Assembly (NCBI GenBank): GCA_002269645.1
Contig: NIVC01003901.1
Span: 38,050-102,049 of the forward strand
Origin: Macrostomum lignano
Taxonomy: Eukaryota
Reading direction: 5' to 3'
Length of the DNA: 64,000 nt
Shown here: piece after piece, positions 30,740 through 42,386 of the stretch
How positions within the stretch are numbered: position 1 is the stretch's first letter
Layout: each line of letters begins with the position of its first letter
Made by a program: the position numbers and the translations under genes
The notes under the pieces: model-generated
What the model was told of the DNA's origin: nothing
Database searches by the model: none
The model's input: only the letters and a program-made list of their open reading frames with translations

Positions 30740-33700
30740 TCAGCCTTTGTAGACGTCGGGCGCTGAGAACAGGATGGAGCAGGTGGAGATGACGGTGAAG
30801 CAGGAGAAGACGATCAGACAGAGCCGGTCCACCACACGAGCCGCGAATTTCCAGTCGCTGCTAATATCCGACGCCGTCGTGTCGTCGGCGATCTTCCGCG
30901 TGACGATGCGCAGCTCGTCCAGCACCACCGACAGACCGTTGGGGTTGCCGCCGCCACCGCCACCGCCTCCGCCTCCACCTACGCCGCAACCGCCCTCGAC
31001 ACCGCCGCTGACCGTCTGGACGCCGTTTTCCAAATCGAGCACGTTGGCCAGCAGGGACTTGGAGTGTCGCTGCGGCAGCCCCGCCGCTCCGGCGGTATCG
31101 CGGAACGACGCGCCACGGTGCGAGGCGGCGGCTGACGCGGCGGCCGCGGCGGCGGCAAAGTTCTTCGGGCGCCTCAGCCGGATGAACTCCTGCTCGGCCT
31201 CTTCCTGGCGGTGGTTCTTCATGCACAGGATGTTCGCCAGGTAAGTGCAGATGAACTTCTTCACCTGGAGGATTTTAGATGGTGAATTTTTGTGTAGAAA
31301 TTGAATTTCTACAGAAGTTGCTCTGATGGAACTTGAGCTCTGAGTCAGTGAACCAGACCTTTTGTCACGCCACTGAGAATGTGACACCTGGGAGCTGAAA
31401 CCAAAGTCCAGATGGAACACCTGGGAGCTGAAACCAAGGTCTGGATGGGACACCTGGGAGCTGAAACCAAGTTCAAGATGGAACACTGGGAGCTGAAACC
31501 AAGGTCCAGATGGAATGCCTGGAAACTGACACCTGGAAGCTGACACCTGGAAGCTGACACCTGGAAGCTGACACCTGGAAGCTGACACCTGGAAGCTGAC
31601 ACCTGGAAGCTGACACCTGGAAGCTGACACCTGACACCTGGAAGCTGACACCTGGAAGCTGACACCTGGAAGCTGACACCTGGAAGCTGACACCTGGAAG
31701 CTGACACCTGGAAGCTGACACCTGGAAGCTGACACCTGGAAGCTGACACCTGGAAGCTGACACCTGGAAGCTGACACCTGCAAACTCAGAATTGAATATT
31801 GAATTATCAAGCCAGTTAGCCTCACCCATCGCGGCACAGGATGCGACTCAGCGTCCCGGTGGTGATAGTTGAGCACGATGACGGTGAACACCACGGACAG
31901 GCTGCACATGACCATCGTGCAGGTGAAGTACATCACTGCAATGCAAAAATTGACTCCTGACATAGACGTTACTGTATTAAAATTGTTACCATTTCAATAA
32001 TTATGACCAGAAATTTGAGAGCCTCCTAGCCCAGTGGGTCAGCGCATTCGCAAAGTTAAGAAAAGATGGTCCCGGTTAGTACGCAGCTTAATAAGCTGGT
32101 TGAGTCATGAGCTCCAGCTCACGCTGCTGTGATTGGATAGAAATGCATGTACATGCACAGGGGTGAGCTGCGACCTTCACGCAGTCAAAGCAATGTACAA
32201 GCCTTTTGCAGCGGCAGTGCTGTTGCTGCACACCTGACCACCTTGAAGCAGGTGTAGATGCTCTTCTAGAACTATGAAATGTATAAACTCTTTCCACTGC
32301 TGCTACCACAGAACGAGACTCACCGATCAGGGGCACCGCCTCGGACGTCTTGGGCATGGAGTCGGCCACCAGCAGTTGAAACATGGACAGCGACAGCATG
32401 ATCATCACGCCTGCAATTGGAACAGTGTGTGACAGCATGATCATCACGCCTGCATTTGAAACAATGTTGTGCGTGACAGCATGATCATCACGCCTGCAAT
32501 TGGAACAGTGTTGTGCGTGACAGCATGATCATCACGCCTGCAATTGGAACAGTGTTGCGTGACAGCATGATCATCACTGTGTGTGACAGCATGAACATCA
32601 CGCCTGCAATTGGAACAGTGTTGTGTGACAGCATGATCATCACTGTGTGTGACAGCATGATCATCACGCCTGCAAGTGGAACAGTGTTGCGTGACAGCAT
32701 GATCATCACGCCTGCAAGTGGAACAGTGTTGCGTGACAGCATGATCATCACGCCTGCAAGTGGAACAGTGTTGCGTGACAGCATGATCATCACGCCTGCA
32801 AGTGGAACAGTGTTGCGTGACAGCATGATCATCACGCCTGCAAGTGGAACAGTGTTGTGCGTGACAGCCCGATCATCACGCCGGCATTTGAAACAGTGTT
32901 AGGTGTGCCGCATTTGCTAGACTGGTATTTCGACTAAGACCAGGTCTCTGGGGATAACCAGTTTCCTGTTCCCGGCGCTATTTTTTGGTTACCGGGTACC
33001 GGACACCGGGGTCTCGGGACAATTCTACCTGTAGCTTCACAGCCGGTTCGGCCGGCTACCCAGGACACGCACCCAAAGAGATTTTCTCGCCAGCATCCGG
33101 CGGCAGCAGGAAGGTGAGCAGCGACATAGTTGAGATGAGCACGCAGGGGATGATGAGGTTGATCCCGTAGTACAGAGTCCGCCTGCGGATCCGGATGAAG
33201 TAGCTCAGGTCGATGAACGGGTAGGGACAGCAGTCGTATTTGGCGGCCGTGCGCACGCCGGGGACGCCTGGCGGAGCGGAGAGTTAAGGGGGGGGGTTAA
33301 AGCAAATGAGACCCGGGTGGGAATAATTGGCTCTGGCACTCGGGACAAGATGCTGCGATCGATATAATGCACTATTATATCATTACTATATCACTATTGA
33401 TATGTTTGGACTGGCAGTGCTGTTATTTACAGTGGTGCTGTAATGGTGTTAGCAAAGACAAAATAGTCGATCTCTTGGTGTTGTAAATTTTATATTTATT
33501 CACTGTGAGCCAGTGGGATAGTTAACAGGACAAATCAATTATACAAGGAGTGTAAAGGAGCAACGTCAAGTCGCCAAGCAAAGCACGAGTCTACTGCGCC
33601 AAGTTGCTACTGGAAGTAGAGAAACTGCGTATAAAGTCTGATTTATCTAAAAAAAAATTCGTTCTCTTGCCTTCCAGGCTCCACTCGCCGCTGGTGATGT

Positions 33701-36659
33701 AGGTCTCCAGATCAGCCTGGCCGACCTCCGAGCAGCGCAGGGGGTCGCTGAGCCGCTTCTCCGTGGTGTCCAGCGATTCGTTGGAGCACTTGAGCCGCAG
33801 GTCCAGCGTGCCGCCGTCGTAGGACCAGGAGCCAAACTTCAGCTTGCAGATCTGAGTGTCGAACGGGAACCAGGTGGTGTCGATCTTGCAGGTGGAGCGA
33901 AACATGCCCGGCGGGATGAAGTTCATGTTGCCCGTGTGCTCAATCACCACGTTTGTCGGGTAGGTGCCGTCAAATTTTTCGTCCGCGCTGTGGGGCGGGG
34001 GGCGCGGGCAGTTTTTGGGTGAAGATTTTCGAGAGTTTCTGGCGCAGCTCGAAACCTTTATTGATTAATCGCTAGCGTGATGACTCAGTTGTGAGGACCA
34101 GGGTGGCATTATGTTGTGCCAGTTATTCACGTTGCGTTACCCGTTCGATGCGCACGATGCTCTTAATAATAATAATATAATTTATTACACGTGCCCCAAT
34201 TAGGGCCAGATGTGCAACCGACAACTCAGCCGCAGGCTGAGTACGCTGAATACAGGCTGCGTACGGCTGTTCAGTCCAAGGACTGGGGGGGGGGGTTCGC
34301 CACACACACCCTTAATTACCCCAGCTGATGCTGGCACCCATTTTACAGCTGGGTGAACTGAAGCAATGCAGAGTTAAGTGTCTTGTTCAAGGACACGAAC
34401 AAGGATCGCTAGAAGTTACCGTTGTATCAGGACGCAACACTGGCATGATAAATTCTAGTGGTCCTTGGACACGAATCGTTCCAGTAGGATCGAGAATCGA
34501 ACCCCCGAACTTCAAGTCGTGAGTCCGACGCTCTGACCACTGGGCTGCAACCCCTTTTGGCTTTTGATTTGGCCAAAGATGGCTCAAATCAATTTTTAAA
34601 CGGGTGTGAACAAACTGTACATTGATTTGAGCAGTCTGACCCGCGGAGCCAGCTATTAGTGGCAATGTGAATCGGCCTTTACACGGTGTCGCAAAAATTT
34701 GCATATACAAGGTTGATCATTGATTTGGTTCCTTAGTGCTTTCTATGCTGTTTTTGGTAGTTTTATTCATGAGTTCATGGCCCAGATTTTCAAATCGTGA
34801 CCTCCTTGAACCTGGAATGAACCGAAAAACTCCAGTTTGCATTGAAACGCCTCCCTCGCAAATCCACTGACCTGTTGTACAGCAGGATATCCGGCCGCCA
34901 CACTTTGCGAGGGTCGATGTTGATTTTTGTGATGCCACCAAAGTCCTTCGGGTCCCACACGAAATGATAGTCGTTCCAAGTCTGCAAGTGCAACAAGCGG
35001 ATGTGAGGTCAAGGTCTCTGATTTTGATAGCAAAACTTGTGCCCAGATAAACTGGCTTTTGTTTGTTGGCGTCAGAGCGGTGCTCCGGATCCGGGGTTCG
35101 ATTCTGGGTAGTTCGACTCGTACGTATCCTAGTGAGTGCTGAGGGTGAGTCTAAGTGCCTCCCCGCTGGCTACGAGTGTATTATTGGTCGACTATAAGCT
35201 GCACACAGCCAACATGCTTCCTGAAAATTTGAATTTAACAGATCTGACAGCCAACAGACTGATCGGCAAGGTTTACATAAGCTACCCGAGTGTTCTCAGT
35301 GGCCCTTCTTGCGTTGCTTAAGTAAGGACCAGTAAAAGCTTACGTTAAGACACTGGCGAATCGTGTAGTTTGTGTAGGTGGTGTGAATTTCGCATTGAAA
35401 TGCATTAGCGTTTATATGTATTCAGTCTTTTAGTTTTCAGTCAAAATTGAAATTTTGCAGCTGGACACATAGGCATAAAGTAACAATGGTTGGTTGCAAA
35501 AAGTGACGTCTCCGACTTACCAGGTCAAGCCAAATGTTGGCAAATAGGATCTGATTTTTCTCATCCTAAAATTTTATGGAAATTGGATTAATAATTTGAT
35601 GATAGTTTACCTTACCGTCAACAATTTTCACAGCTCACCACATCGATAATTTGCTGTAGCGAGACCTTGAACCAGACATAGAGGACGCCTGAGTCGTTTC
35701 TCACCGGGCGCTCAACCGGGTTGTGCACCTGCAGGGCGCTGCTGCGGTTGTTCGGGTGGAACAGGTAGTAGAGCAGGCGCCGCTCGTGGTAGCCCGTCTG
35801 GGACACTTCAGCCCGGGGTTCAAGGAAGGTCATTAGCATGCTGTTGTATTGAATCAAACCTATGGAAGACTTATAACATTCATCTGTTCGCGCTAAAGGA
35901 GTTCTGTTTGGATCTGTCGACACTGTACAGCGGAGTTGCATGCAGCCGCAATAGGAGAAACCCAGTGCACCGGCAATAGTGCATTCTGCACTGCTGCCGC
36001 AGATCGCCTGTGTTTCAAACCTAAACACCCAATCTCTTCATCGCCTTTTCTCTTACAGCAGCTGTGTGGAGCTTCTAACGATCGGGATCGAATGCTGCAG
36101 GAGGGCAGGGCTGCAGCAATCCCAGTTCTGAGCCGCACTGTCATTCATCAGCCCATTGACCGCCGGCAGCGCCGCACGGCCGCATGGCACCCGCAGGGCT
36201 CGTAAAGCAAATTAGTCGGAGCCCCTTGGACCCCCGCTGCCAGTCTACGGCTGGCCTAATTGGAATTGGCAGTCCCGAATGCGGACAGAGCTCGCGCCCG
36301 GCTCAGTTTGGAAGCAAAGTATTTGAAATGGTTCAGTTTTGGAGCGATTCCAGACTGTTGCAATCCGTCTGCCTGCCAGAGTGACCGATTTCTAACAAAA
36401 TTCTTTGCAATCTTGACTTGAGAAAATCTTGAACTTGCTGCCATCCCGGACAGCTATAGAAGCTTGCAGACTATCTGAAAGGTCAGCTTTCAAGAAACTT
36501 CTCATAGGAAATTTTTTGTCCTGACTTGTCTTGAACAGTGGGGATCTCGCTTAAGCTCTGAGCTATGAGAGACATCAACAAGCAGGATTTGAGTTCGTAC
36601 TCACCTGGTATTAGCAGCACAATCAGGGCTGCCAATAGCTCTGACTGTAGCAGCTGCAT
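30740..36659 (-). CDS. Nicotinic acetylcholine receptor alpha subunit, alpha7-like, 536 aa. Exons (plus coords): 36605-36659, 35639-35805, 35521-35565, 34872-34981, 33671-33987, 33073-33267, 32324-32410, 31826-31935, 30740-31264
   Basis: Signal peptide [22 protein letters not shown]; [24 protein letters not shown]; Cys-loop [15 protein letters not shown]; WSY; loop C YDCC (vicinal Cys, so alpha type); RRRTLYY; [11 protein letters not shown]; [10 protein letters not shown]; [11 protein letters not shown]. All junction phases join (total 1611 nt). Confidence 0.95.
31385..31782. repeat. 33-bp then 14-bp (CTGGAAGCTGACAC)n arrays in last nAChR intron
   Basis: Direct reading. Confidence 0.93.
32392..32890 (-). 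repeat. 39-44-bp minisatellite made of the intron 3' end, the AG and the first 19 nt of the nAChR M2 exon
   Basis: Minus-strand unit ACGCAACACTGTTCCAATTGCAG|GCGTGATGATCATGCTGTC is identical to the real acceptor at 32411/32410. Confidence 0.92.
34164..34554 (-). mobile_element. tRNA-derived SINE with CORE-like central domain and (ATT)n tail
   Basis: Minus strand: A-box-like GCAGCCCAGTGG and B-box GGTTCGATTC; then GTGTCCTTGAACAAGACACTTAACTC..CAGTTCACCCAGCTGTAAAATGGG (34336-34396), resembling the MIR CORE domain; 3' ATTATTATT tail. Confidence 0.8.
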
Positions 36660-37900
36660 TGCTCTAAATATTTTTTTAAATAATTTTGATCAGAATTTGC
36701 GGCAAGCCTTTGCATGCATTACATGTACTTTTGCTCTAAGTTGATCTTCTCTTGTCAGCGTTGTCGAGCCAGCTCCTGCTACTCTCAGTTCGATCCTCTG
36801 CAGCTTGCTTGCTTTCGATCTTGCCTTCTTTCACAATTTCCTTGTAACGGCTGCGATCGTCGAGTTGACCTCTCTCCAGCACGGGGACGCTCTGCAGCGG
36901 TGAAATAACAGTTTTAGTTGGAAGGCCGTCTGGTCGCATTCGAAGCGCACACAATGAGCGCCTCGGCTTGGGCCAATGGAAACTGCTGAGAGGCAATGCA
37001 GAGTCGGGCAGACGCGGGCTTGTGGGTTCGGGATTTGTCCCAGTTGTCGCGTGAACCCCCGTCCCTCTCTTCCCCTCTCAAGCGTCAGGTGGTGCTTGGC
37101 ATTCCAGCGAAGTCCGACAGGCCTGAGGTGGGACGGTCAGGAAAATCTTGGAGGCAGCAAGAAAAATACAGTTACTGGCGGGAACGGCTGCAGATTATGG
37201 AAGTCACTGGAGCTTTCGCTACGAATCCAGTGCAGGAGCCAGATACGTTATAGCGCACACACGGTTTTCATTTAGTGAACTTTTTGTTCCTCGATATTTG
37301 GCCATATTCCAATGCTGCACTCAAGGACCGCTGGACACAGGGTGTTAAAGTGGTTTCTGAGGGCTGATGTTTTCCTATAGAATATTAACTTGCCAGGATG
37401 AGATGATACTTTCCATACTTAGAATTTTTTTATTAAATACGAGCTACCGATCAAATATCCATTATGTCTTCGTTTTGAAACTTCTAATGGCTCTATTTAT
37501 AGTATAGCAGAAGCCAAAGATATTCAGAAAAATGCAATCTTAATTGTCTTTCACATTATAACACGACGAAGTGTGCATTTAACAACATAGTCTATGGTCA
37601 AACCGTGGTAATCATTATGTATTTCAACAAATACATCAGCATGCATTTAACGCAGGCGCACTCGTGACCAAGACCATTAAAGCACGCAGCAGCTATATAT
37701 TAATCCTATATTCGATAAAGACATGGTATTTTAAGTGCCAAAAACCAATGGCAAGGTAGACATAGACAAAAGCTGTGCAAGAAGAGCTGATTCTTTAGTT
37801 AGGTGTTAAAAAGACTAACATTGGTCCATTGATCCCAGATCAAGTTACTGCGAATATCATCGGCGCCAACAGCAGCGAGCGAGTGAAGCGACAGCTTGAG

Positions 37901-39901
37901 ATGTGGCAGGGCAGCGTAGAGCTTCTCATGCCCGACCGGCGCGGCGAGGTCCCCCAACGAGGCAGCTGCAGTCGGCGCCAGAGCCGCAAGAAAACCGCCT
38001 CGGCCACCGCCTCCGTGTCCGTGAGCTCCCGGAGCATATCCAGGCGGCTGCACGAGCTCCAGCTGCTCAGCCGGCGACTGCGCCAAGGCGACACTGTGCA
38101 ACTGTCGGAGCAGAAGGAGGCGACGCTAAGGAACGGCCGTGTAGAGCCGATCAGGACAGACCAGCCGTCGCCAAGACTTCAGTCCAGCCTCCGCAGGCCA
38201 AACCGCCTCGATGAAAGTCGGCGCATTGAAATCTGCATTGAGTTTCTCGTCTCCAGAACGAAGCAGAGGCGGCGCCGCCAGCATCCCCATAGGCGGTCGG
38301 TGGCAGAGCAGTCAAGCAACAGGATCCAGAGACAGTCAGTGGAGGAGCAGCCCAGCAACAGGATCCAGAGACGGTCAGTAGAGGAGCAGCCCAGCAACAG
38401 GATCCAGAGACGGTCAGTAAAGGAGCAGCCCAGCAACAGGATCCAGAGACGGTCAGTAAAGGAGCAGCCCAGCAACAGGATCCAGAGACGGTCAGTGGAG
38501 GAGCAACCCAGCAACAGGATCCAGTGCCGGTCGGTAGCGGAGCAGCCCAGCAATAGAAACCGGAACCAGCTCAGCGTACGCTCAAAGATCCCTCTTCCGC
38601 TGACAGACCAGCGGTCGGGGCTAGATCAGGCTACCAGAGCTACTTCGACATTCAGCCTGGGGTGCAGCGAGGGCGGCAGCTTCTCGACCTCGCGGAGCTC
38701 AGAGGGTGTCAGTCTGGTGCAGCTCAGACAGGAACATTGCCAGTTCCTGGAGGCCACACTCGTCCCACTGAAGGCAGGCGGTCCACAGCGCGGCCGAAAC
38801 AGTCTGCTGACACTGCGTTGCCTCCCAGACAACGCGATGTCGCTCATCAACAGGCACAGTCAAGCTTCGACCGGCGGCACAGAGAGCAGGGGAGGAGTCG
38901 TCGAGCTAACCAGCGAGTCGCCGACGCTACAAAAAACACCAAAAAAGGAGCCGAGCGGTCTGAAAAATCAGGCGCTCAAGAAAACAACGTCAGTTTCCCG
39001 GAGGTGCAGTCTAATCGCCCACTGTCTGACGGAGACTGGCTGGCCCAGTTTCGTCGCTGAAGATGCTCCTATGCCGCAGCTGCGCCAGGCGCGTTACCAC
39101 CAGGGCCAGCGCCCAGTTATCTCCTGCGCCATTCTTGGCGCCGACCTGGCCGGTCGGTTCGCCACGCAGCACCGGCCACCGATGCAGTTGTTGCCCGGCG
39201 CCATCTGCAAACGACGCCCGCCACAACCATCGCAACAGTTCAGCCAGGCGCTGATGCTACCGACTCCCCGGCTGCCATCAGTCGCTGAAGCCGTCTTGGT
39301 GCAACTGCCACGCGAAGTTGCAGAGCTCAGCACCTGTAGTCTCAACCAGTTCACCGGCCTACCGGGATCGGCGGCCAGACGCTCTGCCTCCCACCGGCTA
39401 CTCCTCCGTCCGCCCGGGTTCGCACGCGTCGCTAAAACCTTCCGATTTGCCGCAAAGACTCTCACCATCACCAGCAGGCTCGGGCCGATGGCTCCAGTTT
39501 GTGCCACCATCGATGAGCCGCAGAGCATCGAGGGCGCCAGTGCAGTTGGCACGGCTGGCAGGTGCTTCTTCTACGCCGCCAGCCACTGCCTGCGCTTGTC
39601 GGTAGGGCCGGTGACCGAGCCCGGCGTCCGACGCCTCCGCCCGCTCCCATCGGACGGTGGGCACGTTAGCAGCGAGCTGGCGCTGGCGTCCGCATCAAAC
39701 GAGACAGTTATCAGCTCACTGGTCCGGCAGTCCGAGGAAGAGAAGCAGCCAGTTAAAGCGGTCGCCCCATTTGCCGGCGACGTCGGCGGAGATATTGGCG
39801 GCTTCAATAGCTCAAAGGCGGTGCTGAGCGACGCCAGCGGGGACCGTCAACTGCTCAGCGACTTTGCTGTAGACGGCCTGCAACAACAGGGGGAACAATA
39901 G
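37901..39901 (+). CDS. Orphan R/S/Q-rich protein (~666 aa from first ATG; open frame from 37829) with about seven 13-aa repeats (SVEEQPSNRIQRR)
   Basis: 2-kb stop-free frame, GC3-rich 5' half, 39-nt repeat unit preserving frame at 38290-38560; no recognisable domain. Confidence 0.55.
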   Translation: MWQGSVELLMPDRRGEVPQRGSCSRRQSRKKTASATASVSVSSRSISRRLHELQLLSRRLRQGDTVQLSEQKEATLRNGRVEPIRTDQPSPRLQSSLRRPNRLDESRRIEICIEFLVSRTKQRRRRQHPHRRSVAEQSSNRIQRQSVEEQPSNRIQRRSVEEQPSNRIQRRSVKEQPSNRIQRRSVKEQPSNRIQRRSVEEQPSNRIQCRSVAEQPSNRNRNQLSVRSKIPLPLTDQRSGLDQATRATSTFSLGCSEGGSFSTSRSSEGVSLVQLRQEHCQFLEATLVPLKAGGPQRGRNSLLTLRCLPDNAMSLINRHSQASTGGTESRGGVVELTSESPTLQKTPKKEPSGLKNQALKKTTSVSRRCSLIAHCLTETGWPSFVAEDAPMPQLRQARYHQGQRPVISCAILGADLAGRFATQHRPPMQLLPGAICKRRPPQPSQQFSQALMLPTPRLPSVAEAVLVQLPREVAELSTCSLNQFTGLPGSAARRSASHRLLLRPPGFARVAKTFRFAAKTLTITSRLGPMAPVCATIDEPQSIEGASAVGTAGRCFFYAASHCLRLSVGPVTEPGVRRLRPLPSDGGHVSSELALASASNETVISSLVRQSEEEKQPVKAVAPFAGDVGGDIGGFNSSKAVLSDASGDRQLLSDFAVDGLQQQGEQ

Positions 39902-42386
39902 CTGTACTGATGACTCGAACGGGGGCCATCTCCATCGATATTCGCCTGTTCGTCTGCGGCGGTAGCCGTCAAGTGGCAGCGTTTAATCTGGAGAATCTTC
40001 AACAGCGGCACCGTTGTCCGCTCTATGCGTTGAAACAAATTGAAACAGTCTGAAACAAGCTTTTTAGGCTATGTACGAGTATTGTCCCTTGGCGCTTGCA
40101 ATGAAAACGGGACCACCTGAATGACTAGCGAATTTATACAAATATATTTTATTATACGAGCTAGATAAGGGGAAGGAGCTTTTAGTTGGAGATGGCAGCG
40201 TCTTTTATAGGAAAATCGTCCAACAGTCGTCTGCCTTCGTTTGTTACTAACGTACAGTTAAAAACAAGAAAACTTGAGCTGTTGATTTGTACTTTTTTAT
40301 TTGAGCTTGAGCTGAAGATATAATGAGGCTTCTTCCAATGATATACACACATATAGGCTACTCAATGCTTATATAATCACATTTTGAAATGTCTTTAAGT
40401 GAGTATAATTGCGCTAGGAATTAAAAGTAAATTTGAGAAAAGAATAATAATTTGGATGTATAATTTGGAATCAGTTTTATCATACATTTATACAGATTTA
40501 ACTTTAAAATAAATGAAAAATAATGTCACTGCCCCATGTCAAATGAACTATATTACATTTCAAAGATTAAATTTCCAAGCGGCAATCCTACACTTCGTTC
40601 AGGTATCGGGTAAATTATTTTGACTTCAAATTTGCGCTCAGCGAACAATTCTAAGAATTCTCATGCTGAAACACTCACGAGTGTATATCTCAGTTTAAAA
40701 GTGTAGGGTTGACGTGGTACGAGCCGTATAGTCTATGATCTGATCCCCAAGAAAAGATATTGAGCAGTTTCTGTGGCGTCGCTTTTTTCTACTGGGTAAG
40801 AGCGCCGCCACTATACACATTGATTGTTTCTTTTTGCCCTTAGCTGACAATTACTTGACTAAATTTTGTTTAGGCCTAATATTTTATAGTTTGCAGTTTA
40901 CATCTTATTTACCATTGATACACAAACTCGTTAGTGTTTGTTTTACTATGAAAGTTCTTAGAACTGTTCGCTAAGCACAAATTTGAATGAAGTCAAAATG
41001 TTCTCTAACATCCTCGCGCGAATATCTCGAAGTGGTAGGATTGCCTTTGGCTTTGTAAGCTTTCTGATTAGGCCTATAAGATCAAGATGCCAATTTTATA
41101 GGGCCTATAATGTTAAATAAAACCTTTTACACCTTTCAAAAAATCTATTTTATTCGTGTATTTGGTTTTATTAAAATAAAAAAGCTAGAATAATATAATA
41201 TAAAAATGTATAAAAAAATAATATGCTGTTATAAGACACTATGTATAAGACACTATGTATAAGACACTATCTGGGCTTTAACTTAATGTAACCAAATAGA
41301 TAGCAAAACTGTTTTTTATGGTCTTCATATATAGGAAGCAAAATGGCTACCAGGTATTTTTATGCAAATTATGGTCATGCCACAGGGAAGAAAGTTTATT
41401 TACAATAATAGTTACCAAATTACATTAAGTAAGCTTAAAGCTAGCTAAAGTTGGAGAGAAGAACCACTATTTACTATAAATATTAATAAGTTACTGTAAC
41501 CTCTGTAACATATTAAGCAGGGACTCCTAAAAATAGCATCATTGGATGGGAAGCTCCCCACACAAATTTACCTTAGTGTGGCAACCCTTCCCAGCTATTG
41601 TGTGAGTAAAAAGGGGCATTTTATCTCTCAAAATGTTTCTTTCAAGAGTCTTAAACACTATTGGCATACAAAAGCGATTCATTTGGAGACATTGCTGCTA
41701 CTAATCTAAGAACCTGGACTATATGATGAAAATAAATGGCAATAATGGAGAAAATATTGAGTTAGCTATAGGGCCAGGTCTGAACAAACTTATTTAAGAA
41801 TAATTACAGAACTCGTGTGTAAACTAAGTTGAAATGTAATTGTAGCTATATTCATCATCTTGAAACATTTATTAAAGCTTTATAAATTGTTCATCAAACC
41901 ATAGAAAAGAGGCCAGGCAGCTTAGAGATATTTAGCTTCCTTCCGCTTTCACAATTAGAGAGCTGCTTGGCCAGGTTTTTCATTATGCAGTTGCAGAAAG
42001 CTTTTGCCAAGCTTGTCTTCACATTGTGGCAAATCACCAGCTATATAAAAGATTCCAGAAAGACCTCATTGTTGGCCATCTTATCCACAAGGCCACAGAA
42101 GACTTGCTGCTGCCAGGGTTTTTTTTTTGTGCGTAGAGTGTGCGTATGCACCCTAAATTTTAAAATCGCACCCTGAAATTAAAAAAGTAGGTGCGGTTTA
42201 GGTGCGGTCTTATAACCATTTTTCTTTAAAGGCTTAACCATGCTTAAGCTATTTTTTATGCACTGCCTTAAAATATGAAACAAAATAACTCTTTAAATCC
42301 TATAAGTCATATAGGCGATATAGCCTATAGCTATAGCCTTATGTAAGATATTAAAATATACATTCCCAGTTGTCTGAAATGTGAGC

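Noticed and set aside
31265-31825. Repeat-coded insert in nAChR ORF 30740-31963
   Set aside because: Bounded by GTGAGG and CAG at the conserved intron position; intronic.
32025-32085. tRNA-like fragments (also 35070-35110)
   Set aside because: Only partial A/B-box similarity and no cloverleaf; at most SINE remnants.
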